Shown: positions 38,483 through 50,924 of the stretch, one piece after another
How positions within the stretch are numbered: position 1 is the first letter of the stretch
Layout of the letters: each line of letters opens with the position of its first letter
DNA from: Octopus sinensis
Lineage: Eukaryota
Direction: 5' to 3'
Length of the DNA stretch: 64,000 bases
Assembly: GCF_006345805.1 (NCBI RefSeq)
Contig: NC_042998.1
Coordinates: 186,001-250,000 of the forward strand
Notes under the pieces: generated by a model
Seen by the model: the letters and a program-made list of their open reading frames with translations, nothing else
What the model was told of the DNA's origin: nothing
Databases searched by the model: none
Translations under genes and position numbers: made by a program

Positions 38483-39284
38483 TAAAAGTTTGAATGATTT
38501 TTTTCCCAAGATTCTTCAGGTATATGCTATTATATTTTGGTGAAGTTCAAATTTCATCCAAGCGTATGCAAAAAAACACATGCACGTATGTATGCATGCA
38601 TGTAAAACAAAACAAGAATAGCATTTGGCCTGACAAGTCAGCACTTAGGGAGTCAATTCATCCAATTAAACAAAATGTAAGTTCTAATGTCAGTAATTCA
38701 TTTTAGTAATCAAGCATTGTTAGTTAGACTAGGCTGTTTCTTTATGATTGAGAGCATGCAAATTGCATTCTGGGTCTTGTAATAATAAAAATTGGAAGAA
38801 AAGAATTCTTGAGTAATTTAAAGAATGATGAGAATGAATAAGTTATATATATATATATATTGACAGACAGGTAGATAGATAGATAGATATAGATATAATA
38901 GGTGAAAAGAATAGGAACACATTTTATGCATTTTGAATACATTTTATGTATTAAACTTTGTGCTTGAAGGCAATGTTGATGCAGTCTATGGCTATTTTTT
39001 TGTTTCTTGCTTGAGTGCATTCATTCAGGCAACAAAGACTGCATAATATTGTCACCTGAACAAGTATGCACACAGAGCAGTAATGGAGCCAGTAGTTAAC
39101 ATTGAACATACATACATACATATATATACACATCTGTCTGTCTGTCTATCTATCTACCTATTGATCTATATGAATGAAGACTGTAGAGAAACAATGATAT
39201 GAAAGAAAATGAAAGCTATATTTACATAATGAAAATTTACTATCTTCTTTAGTATTTTCATTAAAAAAAACTGTAACAAAAGTA

Positions 39285-39483
39285 TTAACTTTTTAACATT
39301 CAAACTGGCCACACGAAGCCTGAATATTCTACCTGTTTTATGTTCAAACTGACCAGGTCTAGCCCCTCACACTTACCCTACAATGTGAATCTAAAAATAT
39401 ACAGTTACATCATTGAAATCTTAAAGCTACGGGATAATGCATGATTAACCGAAAATAGAGTAAACTGAATGCTAAAAGGTTAA
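39285..39483. mobile_element. piggyBac-type MITE, second family
   Basis: TTAA-ctttttaacattcaaactggcc ... gaatgctaaaagg-TTAA. Homologous to 24121-24348 and, inverted, to 62616-62826. Confidence 0.7.
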
Positions 39484-40014
39484 ACTTTTTATTATTTCAA
39501 AGAATTATATTTCTAATATGAAACTACCAAATAAACATTTGAAATTAGATTATCAAAGTTAGCAGTTAATAATTCTTTTTTTATTTTTTATATTTAATTA
39601 TTTGATTTTTACTGGCTTTAGTCAATGGCCTGAGGCCATGTTGAGGCACTATTTTTAAGGGCTGCTTTTTAATTGATCATATTGTCCTCCAGTATTTATT
39701 TCAGTATCATTTATTTTATCCATCTCTATTTGTTGCATTACTAAGTTATAGGATATAATGGGACAAAACACAAACAACAACACTGGTCTTTAGATCAGTG
39801 TAAGCACATATACAGCTACAGATAAACACACACACAATGGATTTTCAGTTTCTATTTACTAAATGTTACTAAAAAAATATTAGTCTATAGTAGAGCACAT
39901 TTGCTAAAGGTGCTATGCAGTGGAATCAAACCTAGAACCATATGATTATGAAGCACTCTGTCTTAACCACATAGCAATGCCCACACCTTCTGTTAATCTT
40001 ACAAAAAAGTTACT

Positions 40015-40244
40015 TTAACCCTTTTGTTACCATATTTCTGTTGAGATGCTCTGTATTTCTTTCAATTAATTTTAAATATAACAAATAATTTAGTAAAATA
40101 ATTTAGTTATCATTAAGCTAGTGTAAGGAATGTAAATTGCGATGAAAGTTTGGTGGAAGATTTTAACACAGAACTTTTGAAAACAAAACATTTGCACTAC
40201 AGAGCCAGAGGTGGTTTTGAGCAGGTTGGCATCAAAAGGGTTAA
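40015..40244. mobile_element. piggyBac-type MITE
   Basis: TTAA-CCCTTTTGTTACCA ... TGGCATCAAAAGGG-TTAA. Same family as 45977-46190. Confidence 0.85.
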
Positions 40245-40440
40245 ATGAAATGGAAGTATGTTTTGTCACTATTCTTTTTAAAACGTTTGCTGTATAGGTA
40301 AGAGTGATCAGCCTTAAACCTCTTACTTTAACTCTAATATTTATGACTAATTCAAGATTTATTAACCTTTCAAGTTTTTCTGATAGTAAATTCAGTTATA
40401 TACTGTACAATGTTTTGGATCAGAATTTTCCTACAACCCT

Positions 40441-40776
40441 ATTGTTGTTGAGACCCCCTTTGGTCATGAATGAACATGGGATTGCACCTAGAAAGTTTCC
40501 CTCCCAGGCACAAGTCCGGGCAAGGTTGTTTATGGAAGACCAGCAGTCGCCCATGCATACCAGCCTCCCCTCTCCATACCACCAGTGTTATCCAAGGCAA
40601 AGGCAGATACAGCTTGGCACCTGTGATGTCACATCTCATTTCTACAGCTGAGTGAACTGGAGCAACGTGAAATAAAGTGTCTTACACAAGAACACAACAC
40701 ACAGCCCGGTCTGGGATTTGAACTCACAACCTCACGATCATAAGCTTGACGCTATAACCACTGAACCATGTGCCTT
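40441..40776 (-). mobile_element. tRNA-derived SINE
   Basis: Minus head ggcacatggttcagtggttatagcgtcaagc...gagttcaaatccc, with a core shared with the 29721 copy. Confidence 0.78.
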
Positions 40777-40803
40777 GTAGACAAAATTATTACTAATATG
40801 AAA

Positions 40804-41200
40804 TACTAGCAGTATCGCCCGGCGTTGCTCGGGTTGTAAGGGAAATAATTATATAAGCATTTTTAGAGAGTTATAGCCAAAAAATAGCAAAAAAATGCAT
40901 TAAAAATTGAAAAGAAATTAAGGTAAATTTTTTTTTTAAATCGTTGACACATCGTAGATATTTTTAGAGAGTTACTTCCCTTATATAAAAGCGAAAAAAT
41001 GCATTAAAATGGAAAAATATGATGGTAAATTTTTTTAAATCGTAGACTCATCGTAGACGCGTGCTAATACCCAGAAGGGCTCGATATGAATCACGACTAT
41101 AAGATACCCACTTTTGGTTAAACTGCACCGCAAAATGTGGGAGTAGTTACGAATCTAAATCGTAGGAGACAGACACACAACTTCACTCTTATATAAAGAT
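40804..41200 (+). mobile_element. Non-autonomous Helitron/Helentron-type element
   Basis: Starts tactagcagtatcgcccggcgttgctcggg and ends gacagacacacaacttcactcttatataaagat, the terminal architecture of invertebrate rolling-circle non-autonomous elements. CpGs are retained. Confidence 0.65.
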
Positions 41201-41529
41201 GCTTTTTTTTTTCAGTCATAGAGTTAGATTTATGAAGGTCTTCAGTAGAAAATCCTTCGAATTCTGACTCACTGCTTGATATAATGAAATTCGTATCCAT
41301 TTTTTGTCAGAATTACAAATTTTGAAAACACAATAGGAACAAATTTCGGAAAAAAATCTCCTATAATTCACGGAATTAAAATTACACTTCGATTTTTGTA
41401 CAAAACTGTATTTGAAGTGTTTACGAAGTATAATAAGTGTTTTCACGAATGTACTAAAGAGATTTACTCTGATATTCTCATTTAAATATGAATAGGTAAA
41501 TTCGGGCGGTTTGGTAACGAAAGGGTTAA
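41201..41529 (-). mobile_element. 5' end of a piggyBac-like element, truncated at a Helentron-type insertion
   Basis: The minus strand starts TTAA-CCCTTTCGTTACC. An ATG at 41300 opens MDTNFIISSSESEFEGFSTEDL, an acidic N-terminus of the kind seen in piggyBac transposases. Confidence 0.5.
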
Positions 41530-41849
41530 ATGGATGCATACATAACTATGTATAAGTGTCGTCTGTTTATACATAAACACTGTTTCATACTTTCAGTTTA
41601 GTCTTCCTCAAATCACTCTGTCGCTATTTACTCTCTTCCAAGAACATTTTCACTCACTCTTATCTCTTAGCTTGCCATACATTTTACTCATGTATCTATC
41701 AGCGTGATAGACAGAAACAAATATTACATCGCCATCGCATTCTATTGTCTACCTGTCAACACACACACAGTGAATTAGTTTCAGTTTATTCGTTGCACAC
41801 TGTGTGTGTGCGTTTGTGTGTGCTGTAAACCAGACTAAGAAAAGCATTT

Positions 41850-42046
41850 GACATACACACCTGAATGTGAGTTTTCTGTAAATTTTGCTTAATTGGAGTT
41901 TAAATTTTAAAAACTGGACCTGGCATGACCCGATGCATTCTACTCTTAAAAATGCTAGGTAAATTGTAATTGAAGAAATCCTATATTGTAGATTTCTATA
42001 AGTGACAAAGGGAGGCAGATAAAATCTGCCTTTTATAATAAGAGAT
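41850..42046 (+). mobile_element. 3' end of another rolling-circle-type non-autonomous element
   Basis: Perfect hairpin aggcagat-aaa-atctgcct (42013-42031) followed by tttataataagagat. The 5' end is undefined. Confidence 0.4.
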
Positions 42047-42573
42047 AAGATTGATACTACATATGATAAACAATATAATCTTGAATACCAAATGTAACTG
42101 AATAAACCAATCTCATCTAATGTAGTTATGGAAAAATATTAATTAGTTTCTCAGTTTACACAAGTTTTAATTAATTATAGCTAATAGAGATGATCCAACA
42201 ATAATGATTATTGATGATTGCCTGACACTCCATTGGTTACTATGAAGAGTGTTCTAGTTGATCCGATCAACGGAACAGCCTTGTGAAATTAATGTGCAAG
42301 TGGCTGAGCGCTCCACAGACACACATACCCTCAATGTAGTTCTCAGGCAGATTCACCGTGACACAGAATGTGAAAAGGCTGGCCCTTTAAATTACAGGTA
42401 CTACTCATTTTTGCCAGCTGAGTAGACTGGAGCAATGTGAAATAAAGTGTCTTACTCAAGGGCTCAAAGTCACAATGCACTACTGGGAATTGAACTCATG
42501 ACCTTACGATTGTGAGCTAAATACCTAATCACAAAATTATGCATCTTCCCAATTGATGATGATGATAATAATG

Positions 42574-42620
<47 letters not shown>

Positions 42621-42625
<5 letters not shown>

Positions 42626-42848
42626 TTTTAGTACAAGGTTAGCAATTTTGAGGGGAGGGGGTAAGTTGATTACATTGACACCCAGTACTTGACTGATACT
42701 TTATTTCATCAATCCCAAAAATATGAATGTTAAAGTTGACCTTGGTGAGATTTGAACCTGGAATGTAAAGAGCCAGAAGAAACGCACCTGAGTATTTTGT
42801 CCAATGTGCTAATGATTTGACTGGCTCATCACCTTAATAATAATAATG

Positions 42849-42884
<36 letters not shown>

Positions 42885-43095
42885 GTTTCAAATTTTGCCA
42901 CAAGGGTAGCCATTTTAGGGGGAGGGGAAAATTGATTGCATTGACTCCAGTGTTCAACTGGTACTTATTTAAGTGACCCTGGAAGGATGAAAGGCAAAGT
43001 CAACCTTGATAGAATTTGAACTCAGAATGTAAAAACAGACAAAATGCTGCAATGCCTTTTGCCAGGCATGCTAACGTTTCTGCCAGCTTGCCACC

Positions 43096-43157
<62 letters not shown>

Positions 43158-43683
43158 CCTTTCTACTGGAAGCACAAGGCCTCAAATTTGGGGGAAGGGA
43201 TTAAGTCAATTACATCGACACCAGTGCATAACTGGTATTTATTTAATCAACCCCGAAAGGACGAAAGGCAAAGATGAGCTCAGCAGAATTTGAACTCAGA
43301 AAATAGCGATGGGTGAAATACCACTAAGCGTTTCACCTGGCATACATCGACTCCAGTGTTTCACTGGTACTTAATTAATTGACCCCAACAAGATGAAAGG
43401 CAAAGTTGATCTTGGAATTTGAACTCAGAGTATGAAGACAGATGAAGTACTGCTAAACATTTTGCCCAGTATGCTAACAATTCTGCCAGTTCAACACCTT
43501 AATAATAATAATCCTTTCTACTATAGGTACAAGGTCTAAAATATGGGGGAGGGGCTAGTTGATTACATTGACCCCAATGCTTAACTGGTACCTATTTCAT
43601 CTACTCAAAATAGATGAGAATTTGAACTCAGGACATAAAGCTGGATGAAATGTTACTAAGCATTTTGTTCAGCTTACCACCTT
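42621..43683 (-). mobile_element. Stack of five same-orientation family C SINE copies, mostly separated by (AAT)n
   Basis: Copies at about 42621-42836, 42881-43097, 43155-43342, 43343-43500 and 43510-43683. Confidence 0.82.
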
Positions 43684-43780
43684 AATAATAATAATGATAA
43701 TAATAATAAAATAATAATAAATGCGCCCTTTTAAAGCCTAGCCAGGCTCATGGGCCCGGTTTCCCAGTTTCTATGTACAT

Positions 43781-44260
43781 TGTTTTGTCTTGGTACAAAA
43801 GATGGGCTACAGCAAATATCCTGCTTAATACTATAGATTTGCTTGTCAGTTGTCTGACCTTAACCAGTTGAGCATGTTCCTTAGTGGCTGCTGATATGTG
43901 CATCTCTGATCATGAGCAGAAGTAGTGGGGGAACATCATAGCCATGTGTCGAGAGGGATCCTTTGGGGTTTGAATAATTCACTTCTGGAAACATGGGTGT
44001 TTCATTCAACATCCTTAAACAACCCTTATTCAGGGACCTTTTGAGCGTGATGGGCTACTCAATCTGATGAAAATTCTAACCCACCTGCAAGGTCATGCAC
44101 TGTTTATCTTGATATGAGATCATGATGGTTGTGATGCATGTGCCTAGTGTACCCTCATCAGACAGGTATGATGGGTATACTGGGCTTCGTATATTTTACC
44201 CCAGTGTCACTTTGATGGCATGCACTGCTCTCTCATTCATGATGATAACAATAATAATAA
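43781..44260 (+). mobile_element. Interspersed family D (about 450 bp, (AAT)n tail; SINE-like or LINE 3' UTR)
   Basis: Highly similar to 55805-56252 (+) and 62221-62592 (-). Ends ctctctca(t/c)tca then (AAT)n. Confidence 0.8.
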
Positions 44261-44640
44261 TTGAATAAGAGAGGCAAATACTGTCAGATCATTGATGTAG
44301 CCATACCAAATGACATGAATGTTGCGAGTAACGGGGTTGAAAAAAAATCACCAAGAACTCCGAATTGGAAGTGGAAATGGCAAGACTGTATGGAATGTGA
44401 GAGGGTAATGTAAAAGTGATAGCAGTGGTGATTGGAGCATTGGGCTGAATCACATTGAAACTTCAAGTCTTCTTAAGGTAACTAGAAATCCCATGCAAGA
44501 GTGATGTCTTGCAAAAAGCAGCCTTATTGGGCACAGCACACATCTTAAGGAAAGTATTATCTGTCTGAGGTCCTTGTTGTGACTTGACAGAGGACGAAAG
44601 ACTTTTACCTACACTGTGTTACGAAGGAATAATAATAATG
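44261..44640 (+). mobile_element. 5'-truncated RLE LINE 3' end
   Basis: CQIIDVAIPNDMNV ... VVIGALG ... LQKAALLGTAHILRKVLSV*, then a 3' UTR and (AAT)n. Preceded by (AAT)n. Confidence 0.85.
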
Positions 44641-45015
44641 ATCAGTGAATAGAAAGTGCCAGATAATTGACTTTACAGTCCCAAATGATGAAAAAAAGTC
44701 AATGAGAGATATAGAAAAGAAATAGCAAAGTAGCCATTGAATTACAGAGACTATAGAAAGTGTGGGTAAAATGTATCTCAGTAATTATAGGTACATTAGG
44801 AACTATCCCTAAAGAGTTGAACAGATGGATAGGGGAAATAGGCATAATACCTGGTTTAGTACAGCTCTAGAAAACAGTATTATTAGGAACAGCTAAGATA
44901 CTTAGGAGGGTTCTTGGCATCTAAGCTTACTTGTTGTAGCCTGATGTTAGAAATTTTTATTTTCAACTGTCTAATCTGTTATGAATGTGTTAATAATAAT
45001 AATAATAATAATAAT
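44641..45015 (+). mobile_element. Second 5'-truncated RLE LINE 3' end, tandem to the previous one
   Basis: NRKCQIIDFTVPND ... VIIGTLGTIPK ... KTVLLGTAKILRRVLGI*, with an (AAT)n tail at about 44990-45020. Confidence 0.8.
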
Positions 45016-45280
45016 GATAATATTAATAATGACGATAATGATGATGGTTTTGGATTTAGGCACAGTCACAAATTTTCAAGGACGGAACAATTGATTATAC
45101 TGTCCCAAGTAATTAACTGCTACTATGATTTATCGATTGTGGAAAGATGAAAAGCAAAGTTTACCGTGGCAGGATTTGAAATCAGAATGTAAAGAATTGA
45201 AATAAATACAAGGTATTTTGCACAATGCTCTAACGGTTCTGCTAATTCCCCACCCCAGCTAAAGCAAAATGACAATTTAT

Positions 45281-45487
45281 CTTTTGGTTTTTTATTTGTT
45301 TCAGTCATTGAACTATGGGTACTGCCTTGGAAGGTTTAGTTGAACAAACTGACCCCAACATATCTTTAAACCTGGTACATATTCTATCAGTATCTTTTGC
45401 TGAACTGCTAAGTTATAGGAATGTAAACAAACAAACACTGATTGTCAAGTGATACTGGAGACAAACATAAACACATACACTCACATA

Positions 45488-45557
<70 letters not shown>

Positions 45558-45741
45558 CACATATATATATATATATGATGATAGGCTTCCACACAGTTTT
45601 CATCTATGAAATTTATTCACAAGGCATAGGTTTCCCTGGGGCTATAGTAGAACTTGCTCAAGGTGCTGTGCAAAGGGACTGAACCTGAAACCACTGGGTT
45701 GCAATGTGAGCATCTTTTAACCACACAGCAATGCCTGTGCT
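45281..45741 (-). mobile_element. SINE family A (diverged)
   Basis: Collinear head, microsatellite and tail. Confidence 0.7.
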
Positions 45742-45976
45742 TGTTAGTAGAAGTTTAACAAATAATTTATATATTGAAATATGTCAGCCACCAGGGATAA
45801 TAAAATGTTTGGAAAATTCATTATGGATTTACTGAAATTAAAATAAATTATAGCTTTCAGGCTAAATAGGAGAAGAGAAAAAGTTTAATCATATTCTATG
45901 TAATGACATTAATTAAGTACTAATTAAATATATTTTTTGTTTCATTTTTAGCAAGTAGTCACAAGATAAACAGAGC

Positions 45977-46190
45977 TTAACCCTTTCGTTACTGTATTTC
46001 TGTTGAGATGTTCTGTGTTTCTTTCAATTAATTTTAAATACAACAAAGAATTTAGTAAAATAAATTAGTTATTATTAAGCTAGTGTCAGGAACATAAATT
46101 GTGACTAAGGTTTGGTGGAAGGTTTTAATTCAGAACTTTTGAAAACAGAACCAGAGGCAGTTTCAGCCAGGTTGTTATCAAAAGGGTTAA
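45977..46190. mobile_element. piggyBac-type MITE (same family as 40015)
   Basis: TTAA-CCCTTTCGTTAC ... TTATCAAAAGGG-TTAA, with internal sequence collinear with the 40.0 kb copy. Confidence 0.85.
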
Positions 46191-46615
46191 AGTGGACTGG
46201 AAATAAATTGTAGTGTCTAAAAATTGAATGTAAGCAAGCAGACCTATGATTGGAGGCATTCTAGTCGTGACCCTCTTGTCACTTGTATATCAAGGATTAC
46301 ACTGTCAAATATCATTATTACTGATATTCTTGTTGTTGTTATAATTATTATTGTTACTATTAATTACTAAGGCGGTGAAGTGGCAGAGTCATTAGCATGC
46401 TGGGCAAAACACTTAGTGGCATTTCATCTGTCTTCGTGTTCTGAGTTAAAATTCCGCCGAGTTCGACTTTGCCTGTCATACTTTTGGGGTTGATAAAATA
46501 TGTGCCAGTCAAGAACTGGGGTTGATGTAATCGACTGGCCCCACTCCCTCCAAATGTCAGGCCTTGTGCTTTAGTAGAAAGGATTGTTGTTATTTTTTAC
46601 ATTAACCTTAATCTT

Positions 46616-46808
46616 ATTTCGGCCAGAGTTCTTTCATCACACTTCTGTGACCTCATCGGTGGTCCTTTGCTTTCTTCTTTCTTATTTGTGTGTCTCTCCA
46701 TACAAAATGGCTGATCATTAGTAAGGAGAGACACACAAATAAGAAAGAAGAAAGCAAATGACCACTGATGAGGTCACAGAGGTGTGATGAAAGAACTCTG
46801 GCCGAAAT
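46616..46808. repeat. Inverted repeat element (arms about 84 bp, near-perfect)
   Basis: 46616-46699 pairs with 46725-46808. Confidence 0.92.
46760..46803 (+). ncRNA. Minimal type I hammerhead ribozyme motif
   Basis: GACCA-CTGATGA-G-GTCACA-GAGG-TGTGAT-GAAA-GAAC-TC-TGGCC: intact core, 6-bp stem II, stem I 4/5 paired, CUC triplet. The mirror copy in the left arm has CCGATGA. Confidence 0.62.
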
Positions 46809-46810
46809 TG

Positions 46811-46842
<32 letters not shown>

Positions 46843-48082
46843 CTTAAAGGCATTGGATATAATTTGAAGGAGATTCAGTGACTATTTCTAGCAGATCAAA
46901 TGAAGCTTTATCACATTTTATTAATCTTAAATCTTAAGTGAGCAGCTTTGATACTAATTTCTGAGCTAGTTTAATTATATGCAGTTGGCCAAATTATATA
47001 CAACATATCTGGGTATTTTCAATTTATTAGGAATTCCTAAACATTGATTAGGTATTTGCACATAGAATGAAGTTCCTTCTGTTGTACTACTTATTGATGT
47101 TGTGCTTATTGTTTGGGGGAGTGGAGAGAGAGAGAGCTGTGAATGTTCAGCTAATTCTATAGCTTGATAGTGTGTAAAATGATATACACACATGTACACA
47201 CACATACACATGCACACACTAAAGGAGACATACATAATATTGGTTTCAAATTTTGGCACAAGGCCAGTGTTTTCAAGGGAAGGAGTAAGTCGATTACATT
47301 GACCTCCTGTGCTCAACTGGTACCTATTTTATTGATCCCCCCCCATAAAAAACGATGAAAGGCAATGTCGACCTTCACAAAGACATACATTATATTCACA
47401 TGTGGAAACTTCTATGCAGCATATAACAGCCAAGAGCAATCATAAATACATCCATAAGCATCGACTCAAAGCACATGCAAATACCCTCACATATATGACT
47501 ATCACATACAGATCAACTACACATACATACACTGTGGTGCATACATACACACACATAGGCTTCACTAACAATTGTTTTCGTATCAGAAGCAGATTTATTT
47601 TACTGCTGTAGCTTAATGATAGTGAAAATTAAATAATCATTTATTAAGATTGAGGAAAGAATACATTTACATATTGATTTCTTACATCATCACATAACCA
47701 AGTTTTCTTCATAACCAAGTGTTGGGGGAGGGGGGCACCTTTTTCAAGATGCAGGCCATATGAGAAATAGCTCATAAGACAGGCAGCACTACTAAAGAAA
47801 TTTCCAGGTAATTTCTTGTTCAGCATACCATTGAGAAAGTCTTGAAGGCCACAGTGTTTTCATGACTGGTATAGTCAGTAAAATGAACTCCAGTATTTAA
47901 TGAATACTTTATTTTATCCAACTTAGAGCAGCAAAAATAACCTTGGTAGAATTTGAGCTCAAAATGTAAAGAGCTGCAATTAATACTACAAGACATTTTG
48001 TCTGATACTCTACCGATTCTGCCTATGTATTGCAATTTGTATCAAATATATATCAAACATGTATTAAATGGTGACAGAATAT

Positions 48083-48506
48083 AGATACAGGCATAACTGT
48101 GTGGTAAAGAATTGTGCTTTATAACTATTTAGTTTTGAGTTCAGTCCCGCTGTCGCGTACCTTGGTTGGCAAGTGTCTTCTACTATACCCTTGGGCTGAC
48201 CAATGCCTTGTGAGAGAAATTGGTATTTGGAAACTGTGTGGAAGCTCATCATACACACATATGTATATCATATGAGTGTACTTGTGTATGTATGTCTTTG
48301 TATCTATGGTTGTGCCCCTCACCACTTGACAACTGCCATTGGTTTGTTTAGGTCAATGTAACTTAGCAGTTCAGTAAAAGAGATCAATAGAATAAGTACC
48401 AGATTCAAACAAAAAATAAGCACTGGAGTTGATTTGTTTGACTAAAACCCTTCAAGGCAGTGTCTGAGGATGGCTGCAGTCCAATGACTGAAACAAGATA
48501 AAAAGA
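48083..48506 (+). mobile_element. SINE family A (diverged)
   Basis: Collinear head, microsatellite and tail. Confidence 0.72.
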
Positions 48507-48744
48507 TATGTAGAAATGGTTGTATGCTAGGAAGGATAATCATACTAATAAGGTTGTGTTTCCATTTTGTGCACATACATTGGTGCTCTTGATATAGACA
48601 TAAATACATCTGCAAAACACCTTTGTCATAGATTAGCTGATCTGCTGCTATAATTCTGGCCAAAACCACATAATTGTATTCCATCACAATGGAAAAAATG
48701 TATGAAAAATGGTTAAATTAAGTATGATTTCTGATAATCCAAAG

Positions 48745-49138
48745 AATGCAGGAGTGGCTGTGTGGTAAGTAGCTTGCTTACCAACAATATGGTTCTGGGT
48801 TCAGTACCACTGCGTGGCACCTTGGGCAAGTGTCTTCTGCTGTAGCCTTGGGCTGACCAAAGCCTTGTGAGTGGATTTGGTAGGCGGAAACTGAAAGAAG
48901 CCCATCATATATATGTATATATGTATGTGCTTGTATGTCTGTGTTTGTCCCCCCTAACATCGCTTGACAATCGATGCTGGTGTGTTTACGTTCCCATAAC
49001 TTAGCAGTTCAGCAAAAGAGACCGATAGAATACATACTAGGCTTATAAAGGGGTCGATTTGCTTGACTAAAGGCGGTGCTCTAGCATGGCCACAGTCAAA
49101 AGACTGAAACAAGTAAAAGAGTAAGAGTAAAAGAGAGT
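48745..49138 (+). mobile_element. SINE family A
   Basis: Full copy ending aagtaaaagagtaagagtaaaagag. Confidence 0.88.
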
Positions 49139-49622
49139 AACCGTGGTAGAGTTCTGCTAGATGAAGATGGGGTAATAATTTGTACTCTGTCAACAAAGTT
49201 AGCCTAAGTACATAGTTCATTCCATCCAAGTATGAATATGTAGCATGAAGAGAATATACTACATACTCTTAACTAATAGTAGTGTATTGAATAACTAGTT
49301 TGTTAACTCATTGTAATAGACCTGGAAGCTTTAATAAGCCTCTGGAAATATCATTGTCCTTTTATGTCTGCCATCCATGCTGTAAGAGATACAATGGGTT
49401 CTTATTTGGAGTAACTGTTTTCCTAGATATAGTTAGTGGGGCACGTCTTGAATGTTTCATATTAGCAGGGTTTCTATAACTGGATGCTCTTCCTAACACT
49501 AACCTTTCCATAGAGGGTGTTGGGAGCATTTGATCATGGCATCAGCATTAGAGAGTTTGACAGACTGAAGGATCTTCTCAAACCTGTGATGTCAATGCTC
49601 ATTTACATAACACCAATCATTT

Positions 49623-49998
49623 TACAATATGAGGCATGGCCGTTTGGTAAGCTTGCTTCCCACCATATGGTTTGGGGTTCAGTTCTTGATCAAGTGTCTT
49701 CTCTAGCTCTGGGCTAACCAAAGCCTTGCAAGTGTATTTTGTAGATGGAAACTGAAAGAAGCCCATTCTATATGTATGTGTGTATGGGTATCTTGTCTAG
49801 GCGTCACATGATGGCTGTAAATGAGCATCACCATCATACAAGGAAGGTTGTTCATTTCCGATATTCTGTGAAAATGTCTGGCCATGGGGAAATATTACCT
49901 TGCTCAGGAAGGGTATCAGGTGGTAGGAAATCTGCCTCGACAAATTCTGTCCGACCCATGCAACCATGGAAAAATGGATGTTAAATAATGATGATAAT
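49623..49998 (+). mobile_element. SINE with a family-A head and an RTE-type (GAT)n tail
   Basis: Head as in family A up to gaaagaagccc, then a different body ending ccatgcaaccatggaaaaatggatgttaaataatgatgat. A split homologue lies at 15974-16135 plus 16420-16680. Confidence 0.7.
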
Positions 49999-50427
49999 AT
50001 ATATTTATATACATGTAATAACTCGGTCAGTTTAAAAAAATAGTCTCTTTGACCTTGAAAAATTTTAAAGAAATGTTACTCTTACAATTCCTCTCTACAT
50101 AACTCAACCATTTCTTAACCTTCACACACTTTAAATATAATTTCTTTCTTCATCCATTCATTCTCCATTCCCTAATTTTTAATTTTACATTTAAGAATTT
50201 CACCCATAAATAATAAAACACATTCTTTTTCTCTTATAGGATTCTTCCCATAATTGTAATTTACTCCTTAACCAATTTTTACTTATAATGAAAATTTTCC
50301 TAAATAAACATTAAAAAGAAAATTTTTCACTACCAGCTGAATAAGCAGTCAGGCAAAACTTTGTCCCAATCAAAACTGAGTCTATAGTAACTGAGCACTT
50401 TTCACCAAAGTCACAGTAGCATTATCA

Positions 50428-50845
50428 AATGCACAATGCCAAAATAATGGCAGAATGTAAGAAAACACTGTATGGCAAATTATCCTCTGGTGATTGTGAT
50501 AGAGGAGTATCAAAGAAGAAGAACAAGGACTCTCTTGAAAGAAGTTCCTCAATACTTGTTACATTGATCAACACCAAGTGGTCTGTTCTTGCTGCTGACT
50601 GCAAAGCCTGTCATCTCACTGTCCTCTGGGCAATAATCTCCTTTAAAGACATCCACAGGACCAACCTTGCAGGCAAGAGGAAAAACAAGGACAGTGACAA
50701 ACCCTGACCAGTTCATCTTCCTATGCAGTCTTTGCAGTCATGCTTGCCAGTCCGAAATTGGACTTGATGACCATCAGCAAGCCTGCAACAAATATGGACA
50801 CCCCCGCTCTGGAAATCTTTGTTTGCAAAGCCAAGCAGAAAGGGG
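50428..50845 (+). mobile_element. RTE (BovB-like) LINE 3' end with Cys/His knuckle
   Basis: KKTLYGKLSSG..DRGVSKKKNKDSL...WSVLAAD, then after a frameshift FLCSLCSHACQSEIGLDDHQQAC. Tail atctttgtttgcaaagccaagc. Confidence 0.78.
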
Positions 50846-50892
50846 AGGGGAGTGAGAGAGTGAGAGAGTGAGAGAGAGAGTGAGAGAGTGAG

Positions 50893-50924
<32 letters not shown>

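Noticed and set aside
47640-47870. Possible BEL/Pao integrase remnant on the minus strand (QEITWKFL ... CKKSI)
   Set aside because: There are only two short weak motifs with multiple stops, and no LTRs or other pol motifs nearby.
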